Assembly (NCBI GenBank): GCA_002245135.1
Contig: NGBS01000307.1
Span: forward strand, 1 to 64,000
DNA from: Proteromonas lacertae
Taxonomy: Eukaryota
Direction: 5' to 3'
Length of the DNA stretch: 64,000 nucleotides
Shown piece after piece: positions 1 through 10,543 of this stretch. The translations under genes were made by a program, and so were the position numbers. Within the stretch, counting starts at the first letter, position 1. Every line of letters starts with the position of its first letter. Below the pieces are notes generated by a model. That model saw only the letters and a program-made list of their open reading frames with translations, ran no database searches and was not told where the DNA came from.

Positions 1-3000
1 GAAGAAGAAAAACCAGCTGAAGAAGCTCCAGCTGAGGAGGAAAAACCAGCAGAAGAAACTCCAGCTGAAGAAGAAAAACCTGTTGAAGAAGAAGCTCCAG
101 TCGAAGAAGCTCCAGTCGAAGAAGCTCCAACAGAAGAAGCTCCAACAGAAGAGGCTCCAGTTGAAGAAGAAGCTCCAGTTGAAGAAGCTACAGCTGAAGA
201 AGAAAAACCAGTCGAAGAAGAACAACCAGCTGAAGAAGCACCAGTCGAAGAAGAAAAACCAGCTGAAGAAGCCCCTGCTGAAGAAGCTCCAGTAGAAGAA
301 GAAAAACCTGCTGAAGAAGAAAAACCAGCTGAAGAAGCTCCAGCTGAGGAGGAAAAACCAGCTGAAGAGGCACCAGCTGAAGAAGAAAAACCTGTTGAAG
401 AAGAAGCTCCAGTTGAAGAAGCTACAGCTGAAGAAGAAAAACCTGTTGAAGAAGAAGCTCCAGTCGAAGAAGCTCCGACAGAAGAGGCTCCAGTCGAAGA
501 AGCTCCAGTTGAAGAAGCAGCACCAGCAGAAGAACAACCAACTGAAGAACAATCAAATGAACAAGTTGAAGAAGTTATATTAGAGTCTCCAAAAGTTGAA
601 GAAGTTAAAGAAGAAGAACATGTTGATCCATATAATAATATTCTTGCTGAAACTTGGGTTCCAGATGATGAACATATTGATAGAGTAGTAAATGCATGTG
701 TAACAAATTTAGTTGATGATGTAGAGGAAAAAGAAAAGAGAGAAATGAGTATGAAATTACAACAGCAACTATATGATATGCATCAAACAATTGAAGAATT
801 TGCTACAAAGGTTGAAAAACAAGCTAAAGAAGCAGGTGTTGATGATGATATAATTAGACCAGCTGTTTATGTACCATATGATGATGATAGATATAGTCCA
901 TATTTAGTTAGTATTATGCCAACTAATCCAAATGAAGCTCCAATAGTACCACTTGATAATGAAAAATGTTTAGAGGTATTTGTTAGTCAATATGTTGATG
1001 AAGTATTATTTGAAGTTCTTCATGAATTATATCCAGATGTTCCAGTTTCACAATTATTAATATTAAGTCCAAGAGCTGAAGTATTTGTTGCTCGTCCACC
1101 TCCAAAGGAAGAAGAAGTACCAGCTCAAGAAGCTCCAGTTGAAGAAGAAAAACCAGCTGAAGAAAAACCAGTTGAAGAAGAAGAACAACCAGCTGAAGAA
1201 GAAGCTCCAGTAGAAGAAGCTCCAGTAGAAGAAGCTCCAGTAGAAGAAGAACAACCAGCTGAAGAAGAAGTACCAGTTGAAGAGACTCCAGCTGCAGAAG
1301 ATGTTGTTGTTGCTGAAGTTCCAGTTGAAGAAGAAGTAACAGAAACACCATTATCACCTGGTAGAGAAGAAGCTGTTGGACAATACGGAAATATTGCTGC
1401 TGAAGAAGTTGAACAACCAACTGAAGAAGCTCCAGTTCAAGAAAATAAATCAACAGGTGAAAAATCATCAGCTAGAAGTAATAAATCACAATTATCTGCA
1501 TTTGTGAATGATTATGTGGATAAAGTTGTGGAAGATGTAGTTGATGAAGAATCACACAGAGAACCAGAAGATACTGTTGAAGAAGTTCCACCAGAAGAGG
1601 AAGAAGAAAAACCAGAAGAGGAACAACCAACAGAAACTCCAGTTGAAGAAGCTCCAGTCGAAGAAACTCCAGTTGAAGAAACTCCAGTTGAAGAAACTCC
1701 AGTTGAAGAAACACCTGTTGAAGAAACTCCAGTCGAAGAAGTAGCTCCAGTTGAAGAAACACCAGTTGAAGAAACTCCAGTCGAAGAAACACCAGTTGAA
1801 GAAACACCTGTTGAAGAAACTCCAGTCGAAGAAGAAACACCTGTTGAAGAAACTCCAGTCGAAGAAACTCCAGTCGAAGAAACTCCAGTCGAAGAAACTC
1901 CAGTCGAAGAAACTCCAGTCGAAGAAACTCCAGTCGAAGAAACTCCAGTCGAAGAAGTAGCTCCAGTTGAAGAAGCTCCAGTCGAAGAAGAAACACCTGT
2001 TGAAGAAACTCCAGTCGAAGAAACTCCAGTTGAAGAAACTCCAGTCGAAGAAACACCAGTCGAAGAAACTCCAGTCGAAGAAACTCCAGTCGAAGAAACT
2101 CCAGTCGAAGTTGAAGAAGCTCCAGTCGAAGAAGTAGCTCCAGTTGAAGAAACTCCAGTCGAAGAAGAAACACCTGTTGAAGAAACTCCAGTCGAAGAAG
2201 AAACACCTGTTGAAGAAACTCCAGTCGAAGAAGAAACACCTGTTGAAGAAATAATTCCAGAAAGACCAAAAGAATTACCACCAATTCAAGCTGTTCCTTT
2301 GGTAGATGCTACAGATATTCTTGCCCTTTACGATTGTTCAGCATGCATAAATGATATGATTACACAGTTAGAAGGAAAAGAAAAAATAGCACAATCACAA
2401 AAACACAAATTAGTTAAACCAAAGCCAAAATCAAAAGGTAGTAGAAGTACAAGCAATAAAACTAGTCCTTATTCAATAGGAAATCCAATAATTTTATCTC
2501 CAATCTCACCATTACAATATGCTCCAATTCATCTTGGTCCAACTTATCCTGGTGAATCTGGTTCAGATTCCGAAACATCTTCAGTAACCACAGAATCATC
2601 AGTAACAACAGAATCATCTATACCACCACGAAACACAAATATGCTGAAGAATTAAGAAATAAAGTAGAAGAAAGTCGTTCAATTGATAGTACTCCTTCAT
2701 CACAATCTCCTATTATTTATTATCCACAAATGCAACCAGTTTTCTATTACACATATCCAGGAACTGGAATTTCAACAAATAAACCAGCTATTGAAGATGG
2801 AAATGTTGTTAATTTTGAAGATTCTGCTTCAACTACATCAGAAACAGATGATTATTCATCAACAACAACAGGCACAACATGTACAACAGCTAGCACAGCA
2901 ACAAGATCAACTGTACATCCCAAACAATCAACTTCAACCACATATACAGGCTCTAGATCCACAATTCCATCATATTATTATCCACAACTTCCAATGGGAG

Positions 3001-3176
3001 GAATGGGAGGAATGGGAATGATGAATGGAATGGGTGGAATGGGTATGCCAATGGGAGGAATGGGAGGTTATCCAGTAATGTATCAATATCCAGTAATGCA
3101 AATGGAAGAATCAGATTGTGATTCAGTAAGTTCATATTCAGAAAGTACAACAACTAGTGCTAGAACAGAAGAATAA
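1..3176 (+). CDS. Acidic Glu/Pro/Val/Ala-rich repeat protein, paralog 1 (5'-truncated; single-base frameshift near 2631)
   Basis: Frame is open from base 1 to 2655. Adding one A at cgaaacac (~2631) continues as RKHKYAEELRNKVEESRS...IIYYPQMQPVFYYTYP, which aligns with the paralog 2 tail KKSEQLRSTVESSRAS...VVYYPQTQPVFYYSYP. Ends at TAA 3174-3176. No introns seen. Confidence 0.8.
1632..2250 (+). repeat. Coding minisatellite, ~15-nt unit (gaagaaactccagtc) encoding VEETP
   Basis: Directly visible tandem array with occasional 18-nt variants (VEEETP, VEEVAP). Confidence 0.95.
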
Positions 3177-3636
3177 AAATAGTTAAATGTTTATCTCTTA
3201 ATATGTCATATTATCTAATTTTATTATTATTTCTAAATATTTTTTTATATGTTTCTGGTAATGTAATAATCCAAAAAAGAATAAAAAGATTAATCAAAAT
3301 GAATGAAAATGATGTACATGAGTAAAATGAGATCTCAATTTGCAAATAAAAATGTACATTTAGCCATTAATGTTATGTTCTTTTAATGTAGAGTAAACTA
3401 GTTTATAAATATGCGAATCACAATCACAAATTAAATTAGGCTTCTTTTCGCGACTATAAACAATGGTTAGAATTAGTTAGTAAAAACTTAAATGTAAGTT
3501 TCAAATGTTCGGTCAAATTCGGTTATTTCAAAAGTTTGAATATTAAAAAAACGTATCTTGAATAGTCAAGCTTCCAAACTGAAAAGCGCGTTACAATATT
3601 CGTTTGGTTTATTTCTAAGTAATTAATTAGTTTTTC

Positions 3637-6600
3637 ATGGCAACCGAAGTTCCACTTATTGAATCAGTAATTCCAGGACCAACTGAAGATGAAATAAAGG
3701 ATGCAGAGAATGATGAAAACTTCATTGATTACACAACTCCAATGGACTCATCATTAGCTAGCACAGCATTGTTTGATACAACAGCTCCAATGGATGAGGA
3801 CCGTGCTGAGCGTATTGCACGAAGAATTATAGATGAAATGGTAACAGATCTAGAAGAAGAAGAAGCTGTTGAATGGAAAACCAAATTACACAAAAAATTA
3901 TATGAAATGAAGCAAGTAGTGACAGCATATGCAGAAAAATGTGATGAGGATGAGAAATTAGTAGAAAGTGGATTTACATATAAAGTTAGACCTGAAGATT
4001 CAGAATTTCATAAATCATTATTTAAAAGTACAAAGCCAAAAGAGACTGATGATGAGAAAGATCCTCAATTAACCTCTTTTGTTGATGGATATGTAGATGA
4101 TGTTTTAGATAATGCTGTTGAAGAAGAAAAGAAATCACCACTACCATTAGAAGATGAAAAACCAGCAGAAGAAGCACCAGCAACAGAAGAAGCTCCAGCA
4201 ACAGAAGAAGCTCCAGCAACAGAAGAAGCACCAGCAGAAGAAGCAGCTCCAGCTGAAGAAGAAAAACCAGCAGAAGAAGCTCCAACAACAGAAGAAGCAC
4301 CAGCAGAAGAAGCAGCTCCAGCTGAAGAAGAAAAACCAGCAGAAGAAGCTCCAGCAACAGAAGAAGCTCCAGCAACAGAAGAAGCACCAGCAACAGAAGA
4401 AGCTCCAGTTGAAGAAGAAAAACCAGCTGAAGAAGCACCAGCAACAGAAGAAGCACCAGCAACAGAAGAAGCACCAGCAGAAGAAGCAGCTCCAGCTGAA
4501 GAAGAAAAACCAGCAGAAGAAGCTCCAGCAACAGAAGAAGCTCCAGCTGAAGAAGAAAAACCAGCAGAAGAAGCTCCAGCTGAAGAAGAAAAACCAACAG
4601 AAGAAACAGCTCCAGCTGAAGAAGAAAAACCAACAGAAGAAGCTCCAGCTGAAGAGGAAAAGCCAGCTGAAGAAACTCCAGCAACAGAAGAAGCACCTGC
4701 AGAAGAACAACCAACAGAAGAAGAAAAACCAGCAGAAGAAGCTCCAGCTGAAGATCAACCAACAGAAGAAGCACCAGCAACAGAAGAAGCTCCAGCTGAA
4801 GAGGAAAAACCAGCTGAAGAAACTCCAGCAACAGAAGAAGCACCTGCTGAAGAACAACCAACAGAAGAAGAAAAACCAGCAGAAGAAGCTCCAGCTGAAG
4901 ATCAACCAACAGAAGAAGCACCAGCAACAGAAGAAGCTCCAGTAGAAGAGGAAAAACCAACTGAAGAAACTCCAGCAACAGAAGAAGCACCTGCTGAAGA
5001 ACAACCAACAGAAGAAGAAAAACCAGCAGAAGAAGCTCCAGCTGAAGATCAACCAACAGAAGAAGCACCAGCAACAGAAGAAGCTCCAGTAGAAGAGGAA
5101 AAACCAACTGAAGAAACTCCAGCAACAGAAGAAGCACCTGCTGAAGAACAACCAACAGAAGAAGAAAAACCAGCAGAAGAAGCTCCAGCAGAAGAAGCAC
5201 CAGCAACAGAAGAAGCTCCAGTAGAAGAGGAAAAACCAACTGAAGAAACTCCAGTAACAGAAGAAGCACCTGCTGAAGAAGCTCCAGCTGAAGAGGAAAA
5301 ACCAACTGAAGAACAACCAGCTGAAGAAGCTCCAGCAGAAGAAGCACCAGCAACAGAAGAAGCTCCAGTAGAAGAAGAAAAACCAACTGAAGAAACTCCA
5401 GTAACAGAAGAAGCACCAGCAACAGAAGAAGCACCTGCTGAAGAACAACCAACAGAAGAAGAAAAACCAGCTGAAGAAGCTCCAGCAGAAGAAGCACCAG
5501 CAACAGAAGAAGCTCCAGTAGAAGAGGAAAAACCAACTGAAGAAACTCCAGTAACAGAAGAAGCACCTGCTGAAGAAGCTCCAGCTGAAGAGGAAAAACC
5601 AACTGAAGAACAACCAGCTGAAGAAGCTCCAGCAGAAGAAGCACCAGCAACAGAAGAAGCTCCAGTAGAAGAGGAAAAACCAACTGAAGAAACTCCAGTT
5701 GAAGAAGAAAAACCAGCTGAAGAAGCACCAGCTGAAGAGGAAAAGCCAGTTGAAGAAGCTCCAGTTGAAGAGGAAAAACCAGCAGAAGAGACTCCAGTAA
5801 CAGAAGAAGTAGCTGTTGAAGAAGCTCCAGCAACAGAAGAAGCTCCAGTTGAAGAAGAAAAACCAGCTGAAGAAGCACCAGTTGAAGAAGAAGTAGCTGT
5901 TGAAGAAACTCCAGCAGAAGAGGATGTAGTTGTTGCAGAAGCTCCAGTAGAAGAAGAAAAACCAGTTGAAGAAGCTCCAGTTGAAGAAGAAAAACCAGCT
6001 GAAGAAGCTACAGCTGAAGAAGAAAAACCAGTTGAAGAAGCTCCAGTTGAAGAAGAAAAACCAGCTGAAGAAGCTACAGCTGAAGAAGAAAAACCAGCTG
6101 AAGAAGCTACAGCTGAAGAAGAAAAACCAACAGAAGAAGCTCCAGCTGAAGAAGAAAAACCTGTTGAAGAAGAACAACCAGCTGAAGAAGAAAAACCAGC
6201 TGAAGAAGCTCCAGCTGAGGAGGAAAAACCAGCAGAAGAAACTCCAGCTGAAGAAGAAAAACCTGTTGAAGAAGAACAACCAGCTGAAGAAGCCCCTGTT
6301 GAAGAGGAAACTCCAGCTGAAGAAACTCCAGTCGAAGAAGTAGCTCCAGTCGAAGAAGTAGCTCCAGTCGAAGAAGCTCCAGTTGAAGAAGAAAAGCCAG
6401 TAGAAGAACCAGTAGTTGCACCAGCTGTTGAAGAAACTCCACAAATTAAAGCACCAACTGAACTTGGTCCAGTAAAACCACGAAAGAGCAAACAAGATTT
6501 AAAACCAGAAGAATTACCACCTGTTAGTGACATTGATACAAAGAATATTCCTGCATCTCCTCGTATGCAAGACCATGCTCCAGAACATCTTCCAGAAGTG

Positions 6601-7101
6601 AAGAGTAAGAAACACCGTCATCATCATCATCATAGAAATGGTAGTTTAAGTCCAGTTATAATAGCAGCACCAGTATCTCCTGTAATGATTGCAGCTCCAA
6701 CATATACTACCACTATGATTGCACAAGCTATTCCAACAAAACACTCTCGATCAAAGAGTCGAAATCACAAACACCATCATCATCATACAAAAAAATCTGA
6801 ACAACTTCGCTCCACAGTCGAATCTAGTCGTGCATCTTCTGAACCAACTAGTGAAATAGAAAGCCAAGCTGTTGTATATTATCCTCAAACACAACCAGTA
6901 TTTTATTATTCATACCCAACACAAGCCGTAGCTGCTGCTTCATCAAGTCCTGTAATGTTTACAAATACTCAAAGTGGAGAAGCATATGTAATACAACCAC
7001 CACAAGTTCCATTCGGATATACTTATACTTATGATAATCAACAATCTGTAACTACTGCTGAAAGTGAAGCTGATCCATTAGTAGATGTTGAACGTAATTG
7101 A
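3637..7101 (+). CDS. Acidic Glu/Pro/Ala/Thr-rich repeat protein, paralog 2 (1154 aa, intronless)
   Basis: Long ORF with a helical N-terminus, ~750 aa of EEAP/EEEKP/ATEE repeats, His-rich tracts and a Tyr/Pro-rich C-terminus shared with paralog 1. Confidence 0.9.
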   Translation: MATEVPLIESVIPGPTEDEIKDAENDENFIDYTTPMDSSLASTALFDTTAPMDEDRAERIARRIIDEMVTDLEEEEAVEWKTKLHKKLYEMKQVVTAYAEKCDEDEKLVESGFTYKVRPEDSEFHKSLFKSTKPKETDDEKDPQLTSFVDGYVDDVLDNAVEEEKKSPLPLEDEKPAEEAPATEEAPATEEAPATEEAPAEEAAPAEEEKPAEEAPTTEEAPAEEAAPAEEEKPAEEAPATEEAPATEEAPATEEAPVEEEKPAEEAPATEEAPATEEAPAEEAAPAEEEKPAEEAPATEEAPAEEEKPAEEAPAEEEKPTEETAPAEEEKPTEEAPAEEEKPAEETPATEEAPAEEQPTEEEKPAEEAPAEDQPTEEAPATEEAPAEEEKPAEETPATEEAPAEEQPTEEEKPAEEAPAEDQPTEEAPATEEAPVEEEKPTEETPATEEAPAEEQPTEEEKPAEEAPAEDQPTEEAPATEEAPVEEEKPTEETPATEEAPAEEQPTEEEKPAEEAPAEEAPATEEAPVEEEKPTEETPVTEEAPAEEAPAEEEKPTEEQPAEEAPAEEAPATEEAPVEEEKPTEETPVTEEAPATEEAPAEEQPTEEEKPAEEAPAEEAPATEEAPVEEEKPTEETPVTEEAPAEEAPAEEEKPTEEQPAEEAPAEEAPATEEAPVEEEKPTEETPVEEEKPAEEAPAEEEKPVEEAPVEEEKPAEETPVTEEVAVEEAPATEEAPVEEEKPAEEAPVEEEVAVEETPAEEDVVVAEAPVEEEKPVEEAPVEEEKPAEEATAEEEKPVEEAPVEEEKPAEEATAEEEKPAEEATAEEEKPTEEAPAEEEKPVEEEQPAEEEKPAEEAPAEEEKPAEETPAEEEKPVEEEQPAEEAPVEEETPAEETPVEEVAPVEEVAPVEEAPVEEEKPVEEPVVAPAVEETPQIKAPTELGPVKPRKSKQDLKPEELPPVSDIDTKNIPASPRMQDHAPEHLPEVKSKKHRHHHHHRNGSLSPVIIAAPVSPVMIAAPTYTTTMIAQAIPTKHSRSKSRNHKHHHHHTKKSEQLRSTVESSRASSEPTSEIESQAVVYYPQTQPVFYYSYPTQAVAAASSSPVMFTNTQSGEAYVIQPPQVPFGYTYTYDNQQSVTTAESEADPLVDVERN
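4150..6410 (+). repeat. Coding repeat array with higher-order units (147 nt x3; 297 nt x2)
   Basis: The marker gatcaacc (DQP) recurs at 4753, 4900 and 5047. The block starting gtagaagaggaaaaaccaactgaagaaactccagtaacag recurs at 5221 and 5518. Confidence 0.9.
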
Positions 7102-7228
7102 ATAATTTGATTCCTGATTATCCTCTCTTTATTCTTTCTTTATATACTATATTAATTAAAAATATATATATGCTTTATTTATTAGGGGAAATATATCATA
7201 AACACAACATTATAAAAAAACAGATAAA

Positions 7229-9663
7229 CTATTTATATTTATTTCCATCATTCATATCAGATCTATGTCTGTTAGTACTACTAGGCCTATCTCTATGTCT
7301 TCTACTTTCCTTCTCTTCTTCAACATCAATGGGAGTATTTCCATTTGAAGAGTATCCAGTCGAAGATGGAGTAACTACAGCATTTGGTGATTGATTAAAT
7401 TGATCTTGACGAGAATATCTACTTTCTGGTCGTTTTCTACTCGATGGAGGAATAAAACCATCATTATTATCAGTTTTTATAACTTTACTATGCATCTATT
7501 TGATTTGATATATGAATATATATATGAATATACTTTAACTCCAGCTATATCTAATCTTGGTAATTGATATTCTTCAGATGTTTCATCAAAAATTGCTTTA
7601 CTTTCTAAAGCACTAAGTGAATCTTGAGGTATAAAATGATCTATAATTAATTGCTTCAATTTCAATTCTCTATTTAGATCTTTAATTGTATCAACGAAAT
7701 CAGCTTTATCTAATGCTATTTCATGTTGTAAAGTTTCAAGATTGACTTTTGATTCTTTATATTTCTTTACCAATCTTTCTAGTCTCTTAGTTTTCACTTC
7801 AATTTCTTCATTTAAGCTTGAAAACTTATCTTGGATCATAATCTTTTCTTCTTCTTGATTTGCTAGTTGTTGATCTAATAACTCCTTTTCTCTTCTTTTT
7901 CTTTCCATTTCTATTTGTGCTTTTCTTAATTCTTCAGCTTGTTTTACTGCTTTATCTTGAATTTGTCCTGCCATTACAACTTTTGCTTGATATTGTTTGA
8001 TTTTTGCTTCTAATTCTAATCTTTCTTTCTATTTTAATAATTATAATATAAATAATATTATACTGCCTCTTTTTCTCGTTTTTCTTGTTCCGCTTTCAGT
8101 TTTGCTTCTAATTCTTCTCTCTCTTTTCTTGTTCTTTCTTTCTCCTCTAATAATTTCTTTTTATCTCTTTCAGCTTTCATTCTCATTTCTTCAGTTTCAG
8201 CTTTTGATTCTTCTTCAGCTTTCTTCATCTTTTCTTCAATTTCTCTCATTTTTGCTTCATTCTCAGCTCTTGCTTTTTCTTCTATCTCTTTAATCTGCTC
8301 TTCACTTGGTCCTATATTTTTAATTACCACTTTGGTTACTTCCTTTGTTCTTTGTTGTACAGTTGGTTGAATGACTTTACCATCAGCTCCTATCACTGGT
8401 CTTCCTGTTTTCTTTGCTAATTCTTGTCGTAATCTTACAATTTCTTCTTGGAATTCTCTCAACATTGCATCTTTAGGATCTTCATTAATAGATGGTTTAT
8501 TTTTAATCTTCTTTGCTCTATCAGCATATCTCAAAGTACTTAATGTTTCTTCATAATTATAATCTGCTGGACCACAGTTGGCAATCATACATGTCTTTGT
8601 ATTTCCACCTAATGAATCTTGTAATAATCTCGTTAATTTACTATCTCTATATGGCACATGAGTTGATTTACCATCAACTAATGCTTTTATAACATTACCC
8701 AATGTTGATAATGATTTATTGATATTAATACCTTCTTTTAATCGATCACCTTCAGCATGTGTTTTATCAGCTCTTTCAGAACCAGCTAAATCGACCATAT
8801 TTAATTTACCAACTCTAATATGTTGGGTTCCATCTGCACCAATTTCAGATTGTTCTATTACTATTGTAAATATACTGTGACTTCTTGAACTTGTTGCATT
8901 CATTGCTGTTGAACCAACACTTCGATTGGCTTTACCTTTTTGCATTACATGGTTGATTTCTGCGATACTTTTAACTACAAATGGTTGTAACCCTTGTACA
9001 TATACACCACTATAATTATTAATAGAAATATATACGTTTCAGGATTTTCTCTTAAATCTAACTTTTGTGATGGATCTTTTGATAATAAATCTCTAACTTC
9101 TTCATTATATAATTCAAGATAGGATGCTCTGACTAGAAACTGTTTCTGTTGTTCTGCTCCTTTATCATCAACTCCAATAGCATCAAATATATGAGTAAAT
9201 GCATTTGGCATTAATCCTTTTAACTCTTTTGGCTCTGCTAAACCTTCCATTGTGTGTGTTTTACCTGAACCTGTTTGGCCATAACAGAATACAGTTCCAT
9301 TATAACTATTTAATATGTGATTATTCATAAAATACTATACCCTTCTAGAACATTATCAACAATTGGTGCAGCTGCTCTGTCATACACTTCTTTTTGCATA
9401 CAATTCTCGTCGAATGTAGCATCAAATGTAAAACGCTTATCTGCATCTCTATCATCAGAACTGGGGTTCATCAGCGTTATAGTACTATTTTTGCTATTTA
9501 CAATTGTAATCTTTTTATTGCTAATTTAAATAACACTGTAACTATACTTTGCATCTATTTCTTTCTTATTCATCGGTCTAACTCTCACAATGACTTGTAT
9601 ACATTCCTGCTTTTGAGCTAGTCCTGCTTGCTGTCTCATTTTCTTTGCTTCATCGATAGGCAT
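7229..9663 (-). CDS. Kinesin-2 family motor (KIF3/FLA10/FLA8-like), 6 exons
   Basis: Motor motifs [40 protein letters not shown]. Kinesin-2 neck [23 protein letters not shown] and stalk motif [15 protein letters not shown]. Introns 9521-9547, 9306-9340, 9010-9035, 8029-8063 and 7496-7533 restore one frame. Confidence 0.92.
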
Positions 9664-9746
9664 GATTTTGTAATTTAAAAAAAACTGAAGTTCCAAAAAT
9701 ATATTCAGTATATGTGAAACGATCATTCTTTTAGTAATTGTTTTTT

Positions 9747-10451
9747 ATGCAAACTACATTGATACCTGATGTTTATAATAAAGTTATAAGTGCATTAAAG
9801 CATAATCATCCGGAATACACAGAAAATATAAATGAGTTAGCTAAAGTATATAATTTTCGTTTAATTAGATAGTTGTGGAAAGAAAATCTAATAAATAGAG
9901 ATGTAACTTTAGTAGGTAAGCTAACTGACACCGAAATTGAACCTCAAAACTTAACACTACCTTTAGATGAACCAATTGGTGGTACAAGACAGCTACCATA
10001 TGTTTTATTAGATTCATTTAAAAGAGTTAGACTCCCTACTAAAGAAGATTGTAGACCTCCTAAAAGAGTAAATATTATCAATTATTATTTATTAGTTCAT
10101 GACATCTATACCAATTCCTCAATATGATGGCTCAAATGAAATGCCATCAGATGATGAAGAGGCGGATAATAACACAAATGTTGATTATGAGGAAAGTGAA
10201 GAACAAAATGATGCAATTCAATCAAATCCAGATTTATCAAATGATGAACATGATGATGAGACATTTAGCTCATCAAATGTAGTAGTTTGTCAATATTCAC
10301 GGTATAATCAATTATTGTTATTTATAATTCGTATTTTAGACTAAATGAGAGAGTTCATAAGTGGAAAGTGAAGTTATCAGAAGGCGTATGTAATATAAAT
10401 AACAAAAATTATGTATTTGGCAGTTGTACAGCTGATGTTCGTACTGATTAG
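9747..10451 (+). CDS. GTF2A1: Transcription initiation factor IIA large subunit (alpha/beta), 4 exons
   Basis: Spliced product (introns 9846-9872, 10068-10095, 10302-10339) has N-terminal IPDVYNKVI...ELAKLWKENL, a QYDG motif, an acidic tract and C-terminal NVVVCQYSRLNERVHKWKVKLSEGVCNINNKNYVF, matching the TFIIA/Toa1 conserved regions. Confidence 0.85.
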
Positions 10452-10543
10452 TTTATTTATTTATTTATGCATTATTTATATGTATATATATGTATTGCTA
10501 CTCAAAAAACAAATATACCTATAAATCTAATTCTACATCTAAC

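Noticed and set aside
1632..6410. Repeat arrays as CRISPR or non-coding satellite
   Set aside because: Units are multiples of 3 with synonymous variation inside an open frame. There are no unique spacers or cas genes, and the context is eukaryotic.
83..6533. Long alternative-frame and antisense ORFs (poly-L/Q, poly-F/S/W, poly-S/A/G, poly-K/Q; up to 782 aa)
   Set aside because: These are shadows of the GAA/CCA/GCT repeat codons, which lack stops in other frames. They show no independent coding signal.
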